DNA of 63,995 bases, the filler included, from Caldilineae bacterium (GTDB lineage Bacteria > Chloroflexota > Anaerolineae > DTLA01), in assembly GCA_037446815.1 (NCBI GenBank). It is 3 parts of 3 records of this genome, joined end to end, with 100 filler letters (N's around TTAATTAATTAA, not from the genome) between each part and the next. Parts side by side here need not be neighbours in the genome. Positions count along the whole stretch, not along the records: positions 27,230 to 54,321 come from JBBIHX010000028.1; 2 more parts are not named here. One strand, written 5' to 3'. The notes under the pieces are model-generated. The model was not told the DNA's origin and searched no databases. It worked only from the letters and a program-made list of their open reading frames with translations. The position numbers and the translations under genes are program-made. Shown in pieces: positions 27,396 to 36,495 of this stretch. Position 1 is the stretch's first letter. Every line of letters starts with the position of its first letter.

Positions 27396-28937
27396 ATGCC
27401 CAAGGGACAGCGAGCGTTCCTTACGTTGGCCGTGTTCGTCGCCGGCATGACCACCATGGCGGTGGAGATGTCCGCTGCGCGGCTGTTGGACCCCTACTTC
27501 GGGAATTCGCTCATCGTGTGGGCGAACCTCATCGGCCTCATCCTGGTGTACCTGTCGGTGGGGTACTACCTGGGGGGTCGCGTGGCCGACCGTTCGCCGC
27601 GCCCGGCGACGCTGTACACCATCACCGGCGCCGCGGCCCTGCTCATCGGCCTCGTTCCCTTTGCGGCGCGACCGGTGCTATCGCTGTCCGTGCGCGGGTT
27701 CGCCGCCTACGACGTGGGACTGCTGGCGGGGTCGCTGCTGGGCGTTCTTCTCCTGTTCGCCGCGCCCATCATCCTCCTGGGGTTCGTGTCGCCGTTTGCC
27801 GTGCGCCTCGCCGTGCGAGATGTCGGCACCACGGGCCACGCCGCCGGACGCATGTACGCCGTATCCACCCTGGGGAGCATCGTGGGCACGTTCGCGCCGG
27901 TCCTGCTGTTCATTCCCGCCATCGGCACGCGGCGGACGTTCTGGCTGTTCGCGCTCGTCCTGCTGGGCGTTTCCGTCGCCGGGCTGGCGATGGCCCGTTC
28001 CCGCCGCGCGTGGGCGTATGCGGTCGGCGGGCTTGTCCTGCTGGTGGCCGCGGTGGTGTTCCCGCCGGGCGTGGTGAAGGCCTCCGAGGGCCTTCTGTAC
28101 GAGACCGAGTCGGCCTACAACTACATTCAGGTGGTGCGCTGGGGCGACGACATCTACCTGCGCCTCAACGAGGGGCAGGGGGTGCATTCGGTGTACAACC
28201 CGCACGAGGAACTGACCGGCGAGGTGTGGGACTACTTCTTGGTGGCGCCGCTGTTCAACGCGCCGCCGTTCGCGCCGTCGCGGGTGTCCAGCCTGTGCCT
28301 CATCGGCCTGGCGGCGGGGACGGTCTCCAAGCAGTACGCGCTGGTGTACGGCAATCTGCCCATGGATGGCGTGGAGATTGATCCCGAAATCGTGCGGGTG
28401 GGCCGCGCATTCTTCGCCATGGACGAGCCGAATCTCCACGTCATCGTCCAGGACGGGCGCTACTTCCTGCGCAACAGCCCCCGCGCCTACTCGGTCATCG
28501 CCGTGGACGCCTACCGTCCGCCCTACATCCCGTTTCACCTCACGACGCGCGAGTTCTTCCAGGAGGTGCGCGACCATCTGGCGGACGACGGCGTAGCGGC
28601 CATCAACGTGGGACGCGCGCCGGGGGACTATTCGCTGGTGGATGCCATCGCCCAGACGATGCGCACGGTGTTCCCCAGCGTGTATGTGCTGGACACGCCC
28701 GATAGGGACGGTAGCCTGGCGTCGTGCCTGGTGGTGGGCACGCGGCAACCGACGACGTTGGACAACTTCCAGGCCAACGCGGCCCACCTGACCGACGCCC
28801 GTCTCCAGACCGTTGCGTCGCGGGTACTGCCCATGATGTGGGAAGTAACGGAGGCGCGGGCCGTGTTCACCGACGACCGTGCGCCGGTGGAGCAAATCGT
28901 TCACCGAATCATCCTGCGCTATGTGCTGGGAGAGTGA
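27396..28937 (+). CDS. Fused membrane / spermidine-synthase-like SAM-dependent protein
   Basis: About seven N-terminal TM helices (PYFGNS, AGRMYAVSTLGSIVGT), then ESAYNYI, IGLAAGT, VEIDP, DGR, DAY, TDDRAPVE. Confidence 0.85.
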   Translation: MPKGQRAFLTLAVFVAGMTTMAVEMSAARLLDPYFGNSLIVWANLIGLILVYLSVGYYLGGRVADRSPRPATLYTITGAAALLIGLVPFAARPVLSLSVRGFAAYDVGLLAGSLLGVLLLFAAPIILLGFVSPFAVRLAVRDVGTTGHAAGRMYAVSTLGSIVGTFAPVLLFIPAIGTRRTFWLFALVLLGVSVAGLAMARSRRAWAYAVGGLVLLVAAVVFPPGVVKASEGLLYETESAYNYIQVVRWGDDIYLRLNEGQGVHSVYNPHEELTGEVWDYFLVAPLFNAPPFAPSRVSSLCLIGLAAGTVSKQYALVYGNLPMDGVEIDPEIVRVGRAFFAMDEPNLHVIVQDGRYFLRNSPRAYSVIAVDAYRPPYIPFHLTTREFFQEVRDHLADDGVAAINVGRAPGDYSLVDAIAQTMRTVFPSVYVLDTPDRDGSLASCLVVGTRQPTTLDNFQANAAHLTDARLQTVASRVLPMMWEVTEARAVFTDDRAPVEQIVHRIILRYVLGE

Positions 28938-28938
28938 G

Positions 28939-29646
28939 ATGCCTCGGAAAGACGGTCGCCGCGCCGACGAACTGCGGCCGATTGAAATCATTACCGGCTT
29001 CACGAAGTACGCCGAGGGGTCTGCCCTCATCCGCTTGGGCGATACCCACGTGCTGTGCAACGTAACGGTGGAGGACTCGGTCCCCGCGCATCGGCTGGGC
29101 AAGGGCGGGTGGGTTACGGCGGAATACGCCCTGCTGCCCCGCTCCACCCTGACCCGCACGCCCCGCGAGACCGCCGGCCTGACCGCCCGAACGCAGGAGA
29201 TTCGCCGCCTCATCGGGCGGAGCCTGCGCGCGTCGGTGGACTTGGCGCTGCTGGGTGAGCGCACCTTCATCGCCGACTGCGACGTGCTCCAGGCCGACGG
29301 CGGCACCCGCACGGCTGCCGTAACGGGTGCATACGTGGCGCTGGCCATGGCCGTGCGGCGGCTCATCGCCGAGGGCGAGGTGGATGCGAGGGCGCTCGTT
29401 GCGCCTGTGGCGGCGGTCAGCGTCGGCATGGTGGGGGGCGAACCGTTGCTGGATCTCTGCTACGAGGAAGACCTGGCGGCAGATGTGGACTTCAACGTGG
29501 TGATGAACGCGCGGGGGCAATATGTGGAGGTGCAAGGGACCGCCGAGGGACGGCCCTTCTCGCACGCAGACCTGCTGCGGCTGCTGGAGTTGGCCCAGCG
29601 GGGCATCGGGCTGCTGCTCGCGGCGCAGGAGCAGGCGCTGGCGTGA
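28939..29646 (+). CDS. rph: Ribonuclease PH
   Basis: RKDGRRADELRP, AEGSA, GWVTAEY, RTQEIRRLIGRSLR, DCDVLQADGGTRTA, EVQGTAE. Confidence 0.96.
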   Translation: MPRKDGRRADELRPIEIITGFTKYAEGSALIRLGDTHVLCNVTVEDSVPAHRLGKGGWVTAEYALLPRSTLTRTPRETAGLTARTQEIRRLIGRSLRASVDLALLGERTFIADCDVLQADGGTRTAAVTGAYVALAMAVRRLIAEGEVDARALVAPVAAVSVGMVGGEPLLDLCYEEDLAADVDFNVVMNARGQYVEVQGTAEGRPFSHADLLRLLELAQRGIGLLLAAQEQALA

Positions 29647-29668
29647 ACTGCGCGACAAGGAGTGAGAC

Positions 29669-30367
29669 ATGGAATTGAGAGCCTACTGGAGGGTGCTGAG
29701 GCGGCGCTGGTGGGTGTGGGTGCTCCTGCCGCTGCTGGTGCTTGCGATCACCCTGCTGACCGCGCGGCCCGCGCCGACGGTGTACACCGCGTCCATGGCG
29801 TTCACCGTGGGCATCCGGCCGGAGCCGAAGACGGGCGCATACTACACCTACGACCGCTACTACACGTGGCTGACGGCGGAGTACTTCGTGGATGACTTGG
29901 CCGAGGTGATTCGGCGGAGCGAGTTCAGCAACGCCGTCAGCGCCGAATTGGCCAAGCGCGGCGTGCAGGTGTCGGGGCTTGCCATCGGCGCGGCCACCCA
30001 GACGGGTAAACTGCACCGCATCTTGAACGTCAGCGTGGCGTGGCATGACCCCGAGCAGATTCGCGCCATTGCCGATGCCATCGCCACGGTGTTGCAGGAA
30101 CAGAGCGCCGCGTTCTTCGGCTTCCTTCAGGCGGAGGACGCCGTCGTGCACCTGATTGATGGCCCCCATTTCGGGGTGGCGGGGCGCAGCCTGCGGGAAC
30201 GGTTGGACCTCCCGCTGCGTCTAGTAATCGCGCTCCTGGCGGGCGTGGCCATCGCGTTTCTGTGGGACTACCTGGACGACACGGTGCGCGCTCGGGAGGA
30301 GTTGGCGCGGATGGGGCTGGACGTGCTGGCGGAGATACCTCGCCGGCGGCGCTGGCCGCACGGATGA
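29669..30367 (+). CDS. Wzz/CapA (YveK-like) polysaccharide co-polymerase
   Basis: MELRAYWRVLRRRWW, two TM helices, C-terminal DYLDDTVR...LAEIP. Confidence 0.82.
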   Translation: MELRAYWRVLRRRWWVWVLLPLLVLAITLLTARPAPTVYTASMAFTVGIRPEPKTGAYYTYDRYYTWLTAEYFVDDLAEVIRRSEFSNAVSAELAKRGVQVSGLAIGAATQTGKLHRILNVSVAWHDPEQIRAIADAIATVLQEQSAAFFGFLQAEDAVVHLIDGPHFGVAGRSLRERLDLPLRLVIALLAGVAIAFLWDYLDDTVRAREELARMGLDVLAEIPRRRRWPHG

Positions 30368-30370
30368 CCG

Positions 30371-30489
30371 CGCGGGGGTAGACCCCCGCGCTACGGGGGC
30401 GGACGTGAGGGGCGTGGCCCTCACCCCAGCCCTCTCCCGAAGGGCGAGGGGGCGTGGCCCTCACCCCAGCCCTCTCCCGAAGGGCGAGG
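30371..30489. repeat. REP cluster: GTAG-type hairpin plus two tandem CCCTCACCCCAGCCCTCTCCCGAAGGGCGAGGG units
   Basis: Tandem copies at ~30418-30450 and ~30457-30489. Same unit as 9942-9974. Confidence 0.85.
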
Positions 30490-30512
30490 GAGTGTGGCCC
30501 TTCCGCGGCGCT

Positions 30513-30541
30513 TTGCCCGCGCGCGGCAGGTGTGGTACAAT
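30513..30541 (+). promoter_or_regulatory. Putative sigma70 promoter
   Basis: TTGCCC-17 nt-TACAAT upstream of the AGGAGG RBS of 30571. Confidence 0.6.
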
Positions 30542-30570
30542 TGACCGACGACATCCGTTAGGAGGCAGGA

Positions 30571-31347
30571 TTGGAATTCCGAGACTACTTGGAGATCATC
30601 CGCAAGCGAGGCTGGATTTTCATCTTTCTGGCCCTGTTCACGGCGGCCGTCGCCGTCCTGGTGGGCAAAGTGCAGACCCCCGTATACCGCGCCACCATCG
30701 TCCTGCGCGCAGAACCGGCGCGCGCCGACTGGGGACTCAGCAACACGGCCAAAGACCTGCTCCGCAGTTACACGCTGCAAATCCGCAGCCACAACACGGC
30801 CCAGCGGGCCATTGAGCGCGGCCAGTTGGACATGTCCACCGACGACCTGCTGAGCAAGATCACGGTCAGCCCCGACCCGTCCAACTTCTCCATCCGCATT
30901 GATGCCAAGGACACCGACCCGAAGGTGGCGATGACCATCGCGCAAAAAGTGGCGGAGATTTTCGCGGAGGACCGCGCCGCCTGGAACGAGAAGCAGGACA
31001 AACGCGACCGCATTGAGGTTACCATCAACGACAACGTGCGGTATGCGGAACTGTTCTCCCCGAAACTCAAGATCAACGCCATCGTGGGCTTTGTCGTGGG
31101 GCTGCTGTTGGCGGGCGTCATCGTCTTCTTCCTGGAGTGGGTTCAGGCAGACCTGCTGCGCACGCCGGAGCAGGTGGAGCGCATCACCGGTCTGGTGGTG
31201 CTCGGCTCCATTCCGGCGGGCGGCGAGGCCAATCCCGCGCGGCGCAGGTGGGCGCTCCCCCGCATTCGCCCCGAGACGCTGCTGTACTTCGGGTTGGGGC
31301 TTATTGTGGGAGCCGTCGGATTTGCCATTGTCAGCCAGATTCTGTAG
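30571..31347 (+). CDS. Wzz/CapA (YveK-like) polysaccharide co-polymerase, second paralog
   Basis: EFRDYLEIIRKRGW, TPVYRA, SPKLKIN, VLGSIP. Has an extra C-terminal TM segment. Confidence 0.82.
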   Translation: MEFRDYLEIIRKRGWIFIFLALFTAAVAVLVGKVQTPVYRATIVLRAEPARADWGLSNTAKDLLRSYTLQIRSHNTAQRAIERGQLDMSTDDLLSKITVSPDPSNFSIRIDAKDTDPKVAMTIAQKVAEIFAEDRAAWNEKQDKRDRIEVTINDNVRYAELFSPKLKINAIVGFVVGLLLAGVIVFFLEWVQADLLRTPEQVERITGLVVLGSIPAGGEANPARRRWALPRIRPETLLYFGLGLIVGAVGFAIVSQIL

Positions 31348-31406
31348 CGGCCGCCGTTCCCGCGCCGGAATGCGGGTAGGGTCGCTTCTCGGAGGGATGC
31401 TTGCAG

Positions 31407-32093
31407 ATGAGCGATAAGACTCTGCAAAACTTGATCACGGTTGCGCAGCCGCGGTCTGCCATCAGCGAGGCGTACCGCACGCTGCTCACCAGCATTGATT
31501 TCGCCGGGCTGGACAAGCCGATTCGCACCCTGATGCTGACCAGCGCAAGCCCAGAGGAGGGCAAATCGTCCACCCTGGCGAACCTGGCCGTCGTGGCGGC
31601 CCAGGAGGGGCGCAAGGTCATCGTCGTGGATTGCGACCTGCGCCGACCCTCGCTGCACACCATCTTTAGCCTGCCCAACGGCGAGGGATTGACCACGGCC
31701 CTGATGAGCGCCGAGGCGTTGAAGTCGCCGCCGCTCCGCTCGGTGGGCGTGGACGGCCTGTCGGTGCTCACCAGCGGGCCGATTCCACCCAACCCGCTGG
31801 AACTGCTGGGCTCGCGCCGCATGCAGGAGTTGCTGGCCGGGCTTGCGGAGCGGGCCGATTTGGTGCTGGTGGACGCGCCGCCGGTTGTCGCCGTGGCTGA
31901 TGCCGCCATCCTGGCCTCCAAGGTGGATGCCGTCCTGCTCGTGGTTCAGGCAGGCAGGGCCAAACGGGACTACGTGGAGCGGGCCAAGGCGCTGCTGGAA
32001 AAGGCCAACGCGCGCATCATCGGCGCGGCGCTGACCAACGTGCAGGCCGATAGCCTGCTCACCCGATACTACGCCGCCGAGGGCACGCGGTAG
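31407..32093 (+). CDS. CpsD/CapB bacterial tyrosine kinase
   Basis: SEAYRTL, TSASPEEGKS, VDCDLRRP, GPIPPNP, DAPP, C-terminal YY. Confidence 0.92.
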   Translation: MSDKTLQNLITVAQPRSAISEAYRTLLTSIDFAGLDKPIRTLMLTSASPEEGKSSTLANLAVVAAQEGRKVIVVDCDLRRPSLHTIFSLPNGEGLTTALMSAEALKSPPLRSVGVDGLSVLTSGPIPPNPLELLGSRRMQELLAGLAERADLVLVDAPPVVAVADAAILASKVDAVLLVVQAGRAKRDYVERAKALLEKANARIIGAALTNVQADSLLTRYYAAEGTR

Positions 32094-32096
32094 CGG

Positions 32097-32864
32097 ATGG
32101 CGCACTCCCCTGCGGCAGGGCTGATTGACCTGCATACGCACATTGTGCCGGGTGTGGACGACGGCGCGCAGACGCTGGACGAATCGCTGGCCATGGCTCG
32201 CGTGGCTCGGGCCGACGGCGTCGCGCAACTGGTGGCGACGCCCCACATCCCGCTGGCGGGGCTGAACTTCGCCGAGTGTGAGCGGCGACTGGACACCTTG
32301 CGACAGTACCTTGCGGGGCATCAGGCCGATGTGGAGGTGCACCTGGGGGCAGAAGTGAGCCTGGAGCCGGAAATCCTGCGTTGGCTCTTGGAAGGGCTGG
32401 CATGGCCCATCGGCGGCACGCGCTACATCCTGGTGGAACTCCCATTCTTCGTCCTACCGCCATACACCGAAGAAGTGATCTTCCGACTCCAGGTGGCGGG
32501 CTTCAAACCCATCCTGGCGCACCCTGAGCGCAATGCGTCCCTGGCCGCAGCACCCGACCGCCTGGGGCATTTGGTGGAGCGAGGCGTGTTGGTGCAAATC
32601 ACCACGACGAGCGTTCTGGGCGGGTTCGGGGCGCAGGCGAAGTCGGCGGCCATGACGTTTCTGCAGCAGGGCTGGGTGCATGTGCTGGCCTCGGACGCGC
32701 ACTCGGCCAACCACCGCCCGCCGTCGTTGACCGATGCGGTGCGAGAGTTGGAGAAGGTCATCGGGCTGGAGGCATGGAGCCTGGTTACAACAAACCCTGC
32801 CGCGATTCTGGACGACCGCGACGAGGTAGCGCCGGCGCGTCGTGCCAAGAAGGCGCGGCGATAG
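32097..32864 (+). CDS. CpsB/CapC PHP-family tyrosine phosphatase
   Basis: DLHTHIVPGVDDGA, ATPH, AHPERN, ASDAH. Confidence 0.92.
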   Translation: MAHSPAAGLIDLHTHIVPGVDDGAQTLDESLAMARVARADGVAQLVATPHIPLAGLNFAECERRLDTLRQYLAGHQADVEVHLGAEVSLEPEILRWLLEGLAWPIGGTRYILVELPFFVLPPYTEEVIFRLQVAGFKPILAHPERNASLAAAPDRLGHLVERGVLVQITTTSVLGGFGAQAKSAAMTFLQQGWVHVLASDAHSANHRPPSLTDAVRELEKVIGLEAWSLVTTNPAAILDDRDEVAPARRAKKARR

Positions 32865-32877
32865 TCTAGGAGGCGCG

Positions 32878-33957
32878 ATGAAAGGGCTGATTCTCAGCGG
32901 GGGCAAGGGCACGCGACTTCGGCCGCTCACCTATACCGGCGCCAAGCAACTGGTGCCGGTGGCCAACAAGCCGGTCCTGTTCTACGTCATAGAAGACCTG
33001 GTGGAGGCGGGCATCACCGACCTGGGCATCGTCGTCGGCGACACCGGCGACCAGATTCGCGAGGCCGTCGGCGATGGCTCCCGTTTCGGCGCGAAGGTTA
33101 CCTACATCCAGCAGGAGGCTCCGCTGGGCATCGCCCACGGCATCAAGATTTCCCGCGACTTCCTGGGCGACGAGCGGTTTGTGCTGTTCCTGGGCGATAA
33201 CTTCATCCGCGACGGCATCGTCCCGTTCGTGCAGGCGTTCCAGGACGATTCGCTCAACGCGCAGATTCTGCTGTACAAGGTGCCCAACCCCGAGGCCCTG
33301 GGCGTCGCCGTGCTGGACGCGCATGGCCGCGTCGTGCGCCTGGTGGAAAAGCCCAAGGAATTCGTCAGCGACCTGGCCGTCATCGGCATCTACATGTTTG
33401 ACCGAAATGTGTGGGAAGCCGTCAACGCCATCAAGCCTTCCAAACGCGGCGAGTTGGAGATCACGGACACCATCCAGTACCTGGTGGACAAGGGGCTGAA
33501 CGTCAAGGCGTCCATGGTTCACGGGTGGTGGATTGACACCGGCAAGATGAGCGACATCCTGGAGGCCAACCGCCTGGTGCTGGACACCTTTGAGACGCGC
33601 ATCCTGGGCGAGGTAGACGCCAACTCCGAGGTGTACAACAAGGTCGTCGTGGAGCGGGGCGCGCGCGTCGTCAACAGCATCATCCGCGGGCCTGCCATCA
33701 TCGGCGAAGAAACGCAGATTATCAACTCGTACATCGGCCCGTTCACCAGCATCTACCATCATTGCCTGATTCAGGACGCGGAGATAGAGCACTCGGTGGT
33801 GCTGGAAAACAGCCGCATCGTGGACGTAGACCAGCGGATTGAGGATTCGCTCATCGGGCGCAACGTGGAGATCACGCGCTCGCCGCTGAAGCCCCGCGCC
33901 TACAAACTCATGCTGGGCGACCACAGCAAGGTGGGGCTTATCGGCAACGGGAGATAA
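32878..33957 (+). CDS. rfbA: Glucose-1-phosphate thymidylyltransferase (long form)
   Basis: GGKGTRLRPLT, KQLVPVANKP, LGDN, EKP, RGELEITD, left-handed beta-helix tail. Confidence 0.92.
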   Translation: MKGLILSGGKGTRLRPLTYTGAKQLVPVANKPVLFYVIEDLVEAGITDLGIVVGDTGDQIREAVGDGSRFGAKVTYIQQEAPLGIAHGIKISRDFLGDERFVLFLGDNFIRDGIVPFVQAFQDDSLNAQILLYKVPNPEALGVAVLDAHGRVVRLVEKPKEFVSDLAVIGIYMFDRNVWEAVNAIKPSKRGELEITDTIQYLVDKGLNVKASMVHGWWIDTGKMSDILEANRLVLDTFETRILGEVDANSEVYNKVVVERGARVVNSIIRGPAIIGEETQIINSYIGPFTSIYHHCLIQDAEIEHSVVLENSRIVDVDQRIEDSLIGRNVEITRSPLKPRAYKLMLGDHSKVGLIGNGR

Positions 33958-34022
33958 TAGCGGCCGGCCGCCAGCGTTCAGCGCCGGCGGCTGATTGCTG
34001 ACCGCTCTTCGGAGAGGTGCGA

Positions 34023-35429
34023 ATGACAGTAAAGACAACTCTGGTTTATCCGGGCATCGCCGGATACGGGTTTGACTGCTTGGGCAAGGGGATGGAAGCC
34101 GGATGGGTGAGCCATGGCCTTGCCCATATCAGCGCGGCGGCCAAGGCCGAAGGGTTTGACATAGACCTGATTGACCTGCGCGCCCTCAAGGGGTGGGACG
34201 ATTTCCGCGCCGAAATCCGTCGGCGCCGCCCCGACGTGCTCGGCTTCACCATGATGAGCGTGGACTACGACCCGGTGATGCAGTCGGTGGAGATCGTGAA
34301 GCAGGAACTGCCCGACAGCATCGTCGTGGTGGGCGGGCCGCACCCGACCCTCGCGCTGGACGAGGTGGCCCAGAACCCCAAGATTGACTACATCGTAACC
34401 CACGAGGGCGAGATCACGTTCCCCAAACTCCTGCGCGCCATCCAGGAGGGCAACCGCCCCGCCGACCGCATCCTGGTGGGCGAGATGCCGAACCTGGACG
34501 CGCTGCCCTTCCCCGACCGCGAACTGTTCCTGGCCGAATGGCGCAAGTTCGGGTACACGCTGGACTCGCCCGAGGTGCCCTTTGTGGAAGAACTGCCGCC
34601 GCCGTTCCTCACCATCATCGCGGGGCGCGGGTGCAAGTACAACTGCAACTTCTGCCAGCCCGCCGAGCGGCGCATCTTCGGCCGCAAGGTGCGCCGGCGC
34701 AGCGTGCCCAACATCATCGCCGAGTTGAAGGCCCTGCGCGACCGCTACCACTTCGCCTCGTTCATGTTCCACGACGACTGCTTGACCGAAGATCGCGACT
34801 GGGTCATTGAGTTCTGCCACGCCTACAGGGCCGAAGGGTTCACCCAGCCCTTCTTCTGCCAGAGCCGCGCCGACATCATCGTGAAGCACCCCGACATGGT
34901 GCGCCTCATGGCTGACGCGGGCCTGCGCGGGTACTTCATCGGGTTTGAGAGCGGCAGCGACCGCGTCCTCAAGTTCCTGCGCAAGGGGACGACCCGCGCC
35001 ATCAACCTGGAGGCCGCGCGCATCTGCCGCAAGAACGGCATCGCCATCTGGGCCAACTACATGCTGGGCATCCCCACCGAGACGAAGGAAGAGGTCATGG
35101 AGACCATCTCCATGCTGAAGGAGATGGATCCCGACTACTACAGCCCGGCTTTCTACACGCCCCACCCGGGCAGCGACCTGTTTGACTACTGCGTGGAGAA
35201 CGACCTGTCGCTCATTACCAGCCACGAGCAGTACCGCCGTTCACCCACCGAGGCCAAGATCAAGGGCATGGACTACGACTTCCTGCGCTGGGCGCTGGCG
35301 GAATCCCAGCGGCGCAAGCCGTGGAATCAGTTCCGGCGCACCGTTCGGCGCTACTGGAAGCGTTACGCCTCGCCCAAGAAGATCGCGCGCAAACTGCTGC
35401 GCATGGCCCGGCTTCTTCCGGCGGGCTAG
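34023..35429 (+). CDS. Cobalamin-binding radical SAM protein
   Basis: N-terminal B12 domain (VVGGPHPT, HEGE), GRGCKYNCNFC, GFESGSDRVL. Confidence 0.9.
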   Translation: MTVKTTLVYPGIAGYGFDCLGKGMEAGWVSHGLAHISAAAKAEGFDIDLIDLRALKGWDDFRAEIRRRRPDVLGFTMMSVDYDPVMQSVEIVKQELPDSIVVVGGPHPTLALDEVAQNPKIDYIVTHEGEITFPKLLRAIQEGNRPADRILVGEMPNLDALPFPDRELFLAEWRKFGYTLDSPEVPFVEELPPPFLTIIAGRGCKYNCNFCQPAERRIFGRKVRRRSVPNIIAELKALRDRYHFASFMFHDDCLTEDRDWVIEFCHAYRAEGFTQPFFCQSRADIIVKHPDMVRLMADAGLRGYFIGFESGSDRVLKFLRKGTTRAINLEAARICRKNGIAIWANYMLGIPTETKEEVMETISMLKEMDPDYYSPAFYTPHPGSDLFDYCVENDLSLITSHEQYRRSPTEAKIKGMDYDFLRWALAESQRRKPWNQFRRTVRRYWKRYASPKKIARKLLRMARLLPAG

Positions 35430-35463
35430 AGCAGAGACCCCATTCTAACGCAGGAGAGCGCAC

Positions 35464-36495
35464 GTGAAACGTCTGATGATCACCGGCGGAGCAGGGTTCA
35501 TCGGCTCCAATTTCGTGCACTACGTGCTGGAGAACCACCCCGATTACCACGTGGTGGTCTACGACAAACTGACCTACGCGGGCAACCTGGACAACCTGCG
35601 CGACCTGGAGGGCGATCCCCGCTACGCCTTCGTGCGCGGCGACATTTGCGATGCGGCGCTGGTGGAGCAGACCGTGCGCGACTTCAAGATTGACACCATC
35701 GTCAACTTCGCTGCCGAGACCCACGTAGACCGCTCGCTGATGGAGCCGGGAAGTTTCATCCAGACCGACGTATTCGGCACCTACGTCCTGCTGGAAGCCG
35801 CCCGCAAGTTCAAGTTGGAGCGGTTCCACCAGGTCAGCACCGACGAGGTCTACGGCGAGGTGCTGGATGGCGCGTCGGTGGAGACCGACCCGCTGATGCC
35901 GCGCAGTCCCTACTCGGCCAGCAAGGCCGGCGGCGAGCACATGGTGTACGCGTACTTCGTGAGTTTCGGCGTGCCGGCGACTATCACCCGCGGCTCCAAC
36001 AACATCGGCCCGTACCAGTATCCGGAGAAGGCCGTGCCCCTGTTCATCACCAACGCCATTGACAACCTGCCGCTTCCCGTGTACGGCGATGGGTTGCAGA
36101 TGCGCGACTACCAGTACGTGTGGGATCACTGCGAGGGGATTGACGTCGTACTGCACAAGGGCGTGCCGGGCGAGGTGTACAACCTGGGCACGGGCGTGGA
36201 GACGCGGAACATTGACATGGCGCGGCTCGTGCTCCGTCTGCTGGGCAAGCCCGAGAGCCTTATCCATCACGTAACGGACCGCCCGGGCCACGACCGCCGC
36301 TACGCCCTGAACTGCGACAAGATCAAGGCGCTGGGATGGCAGTCGCGCCACACCTTTGAGCAGGCGCTGGAGAAGACCGTCCGCTGGTACGTGGACAACG
36401 AATGGTGGTGGCGCAAACTGAAGACGGGCGAGTACCTGGAATACTACAAGCGCCAGTACGGCGAGCGCCTCGCCAAGGCGCAGAAGGCGCTATAG
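35464..36495 (+). CDS. rfbB: dTDP-glucose 4,6-dehydratase
   Basis: TGGAGFIGSNF, DKLTYAGN, AAETHVDRS, STDEVYG, YSASKA, DRPGHDRRY. Confidence 0.95.
   Translation: MKRLMITGGAGFIGSNFVHYVLENHPDYHVVVYDKLTYAGNLDNLRDLEGDPRYAFVRGDICDAALVEQTVRDFKIDTIVNFAAETHVDRSLMEPGSFIQTDVFGTYVLLEAARKFKLERFHQVSTDEVYGEVLDGASVETDPLMPRSPYSASKAGGEHMVYAYFVSFGVPATITRGSNNIGPYQYPEKAVPLFITNAIDNLPLPVYGDGLQMRDYQYVWDHCEGIDVVLHKGVPGEVYNLGTGVETRNIDMARLVLRLLGKPESLIHHVTDRPGHDRRYALNCDKIKALGWQSRHTFEQALEKTVRWYVDNEWWWRKLKTGEYLEYYKRQYGERLAKAQKAL

Noticed and set aside
27396..28937. speE (true spermidine synthase)
   Set aside because: GLAAGT replaces the GGGDG aminopropyltransferase motif, so the function is left open.
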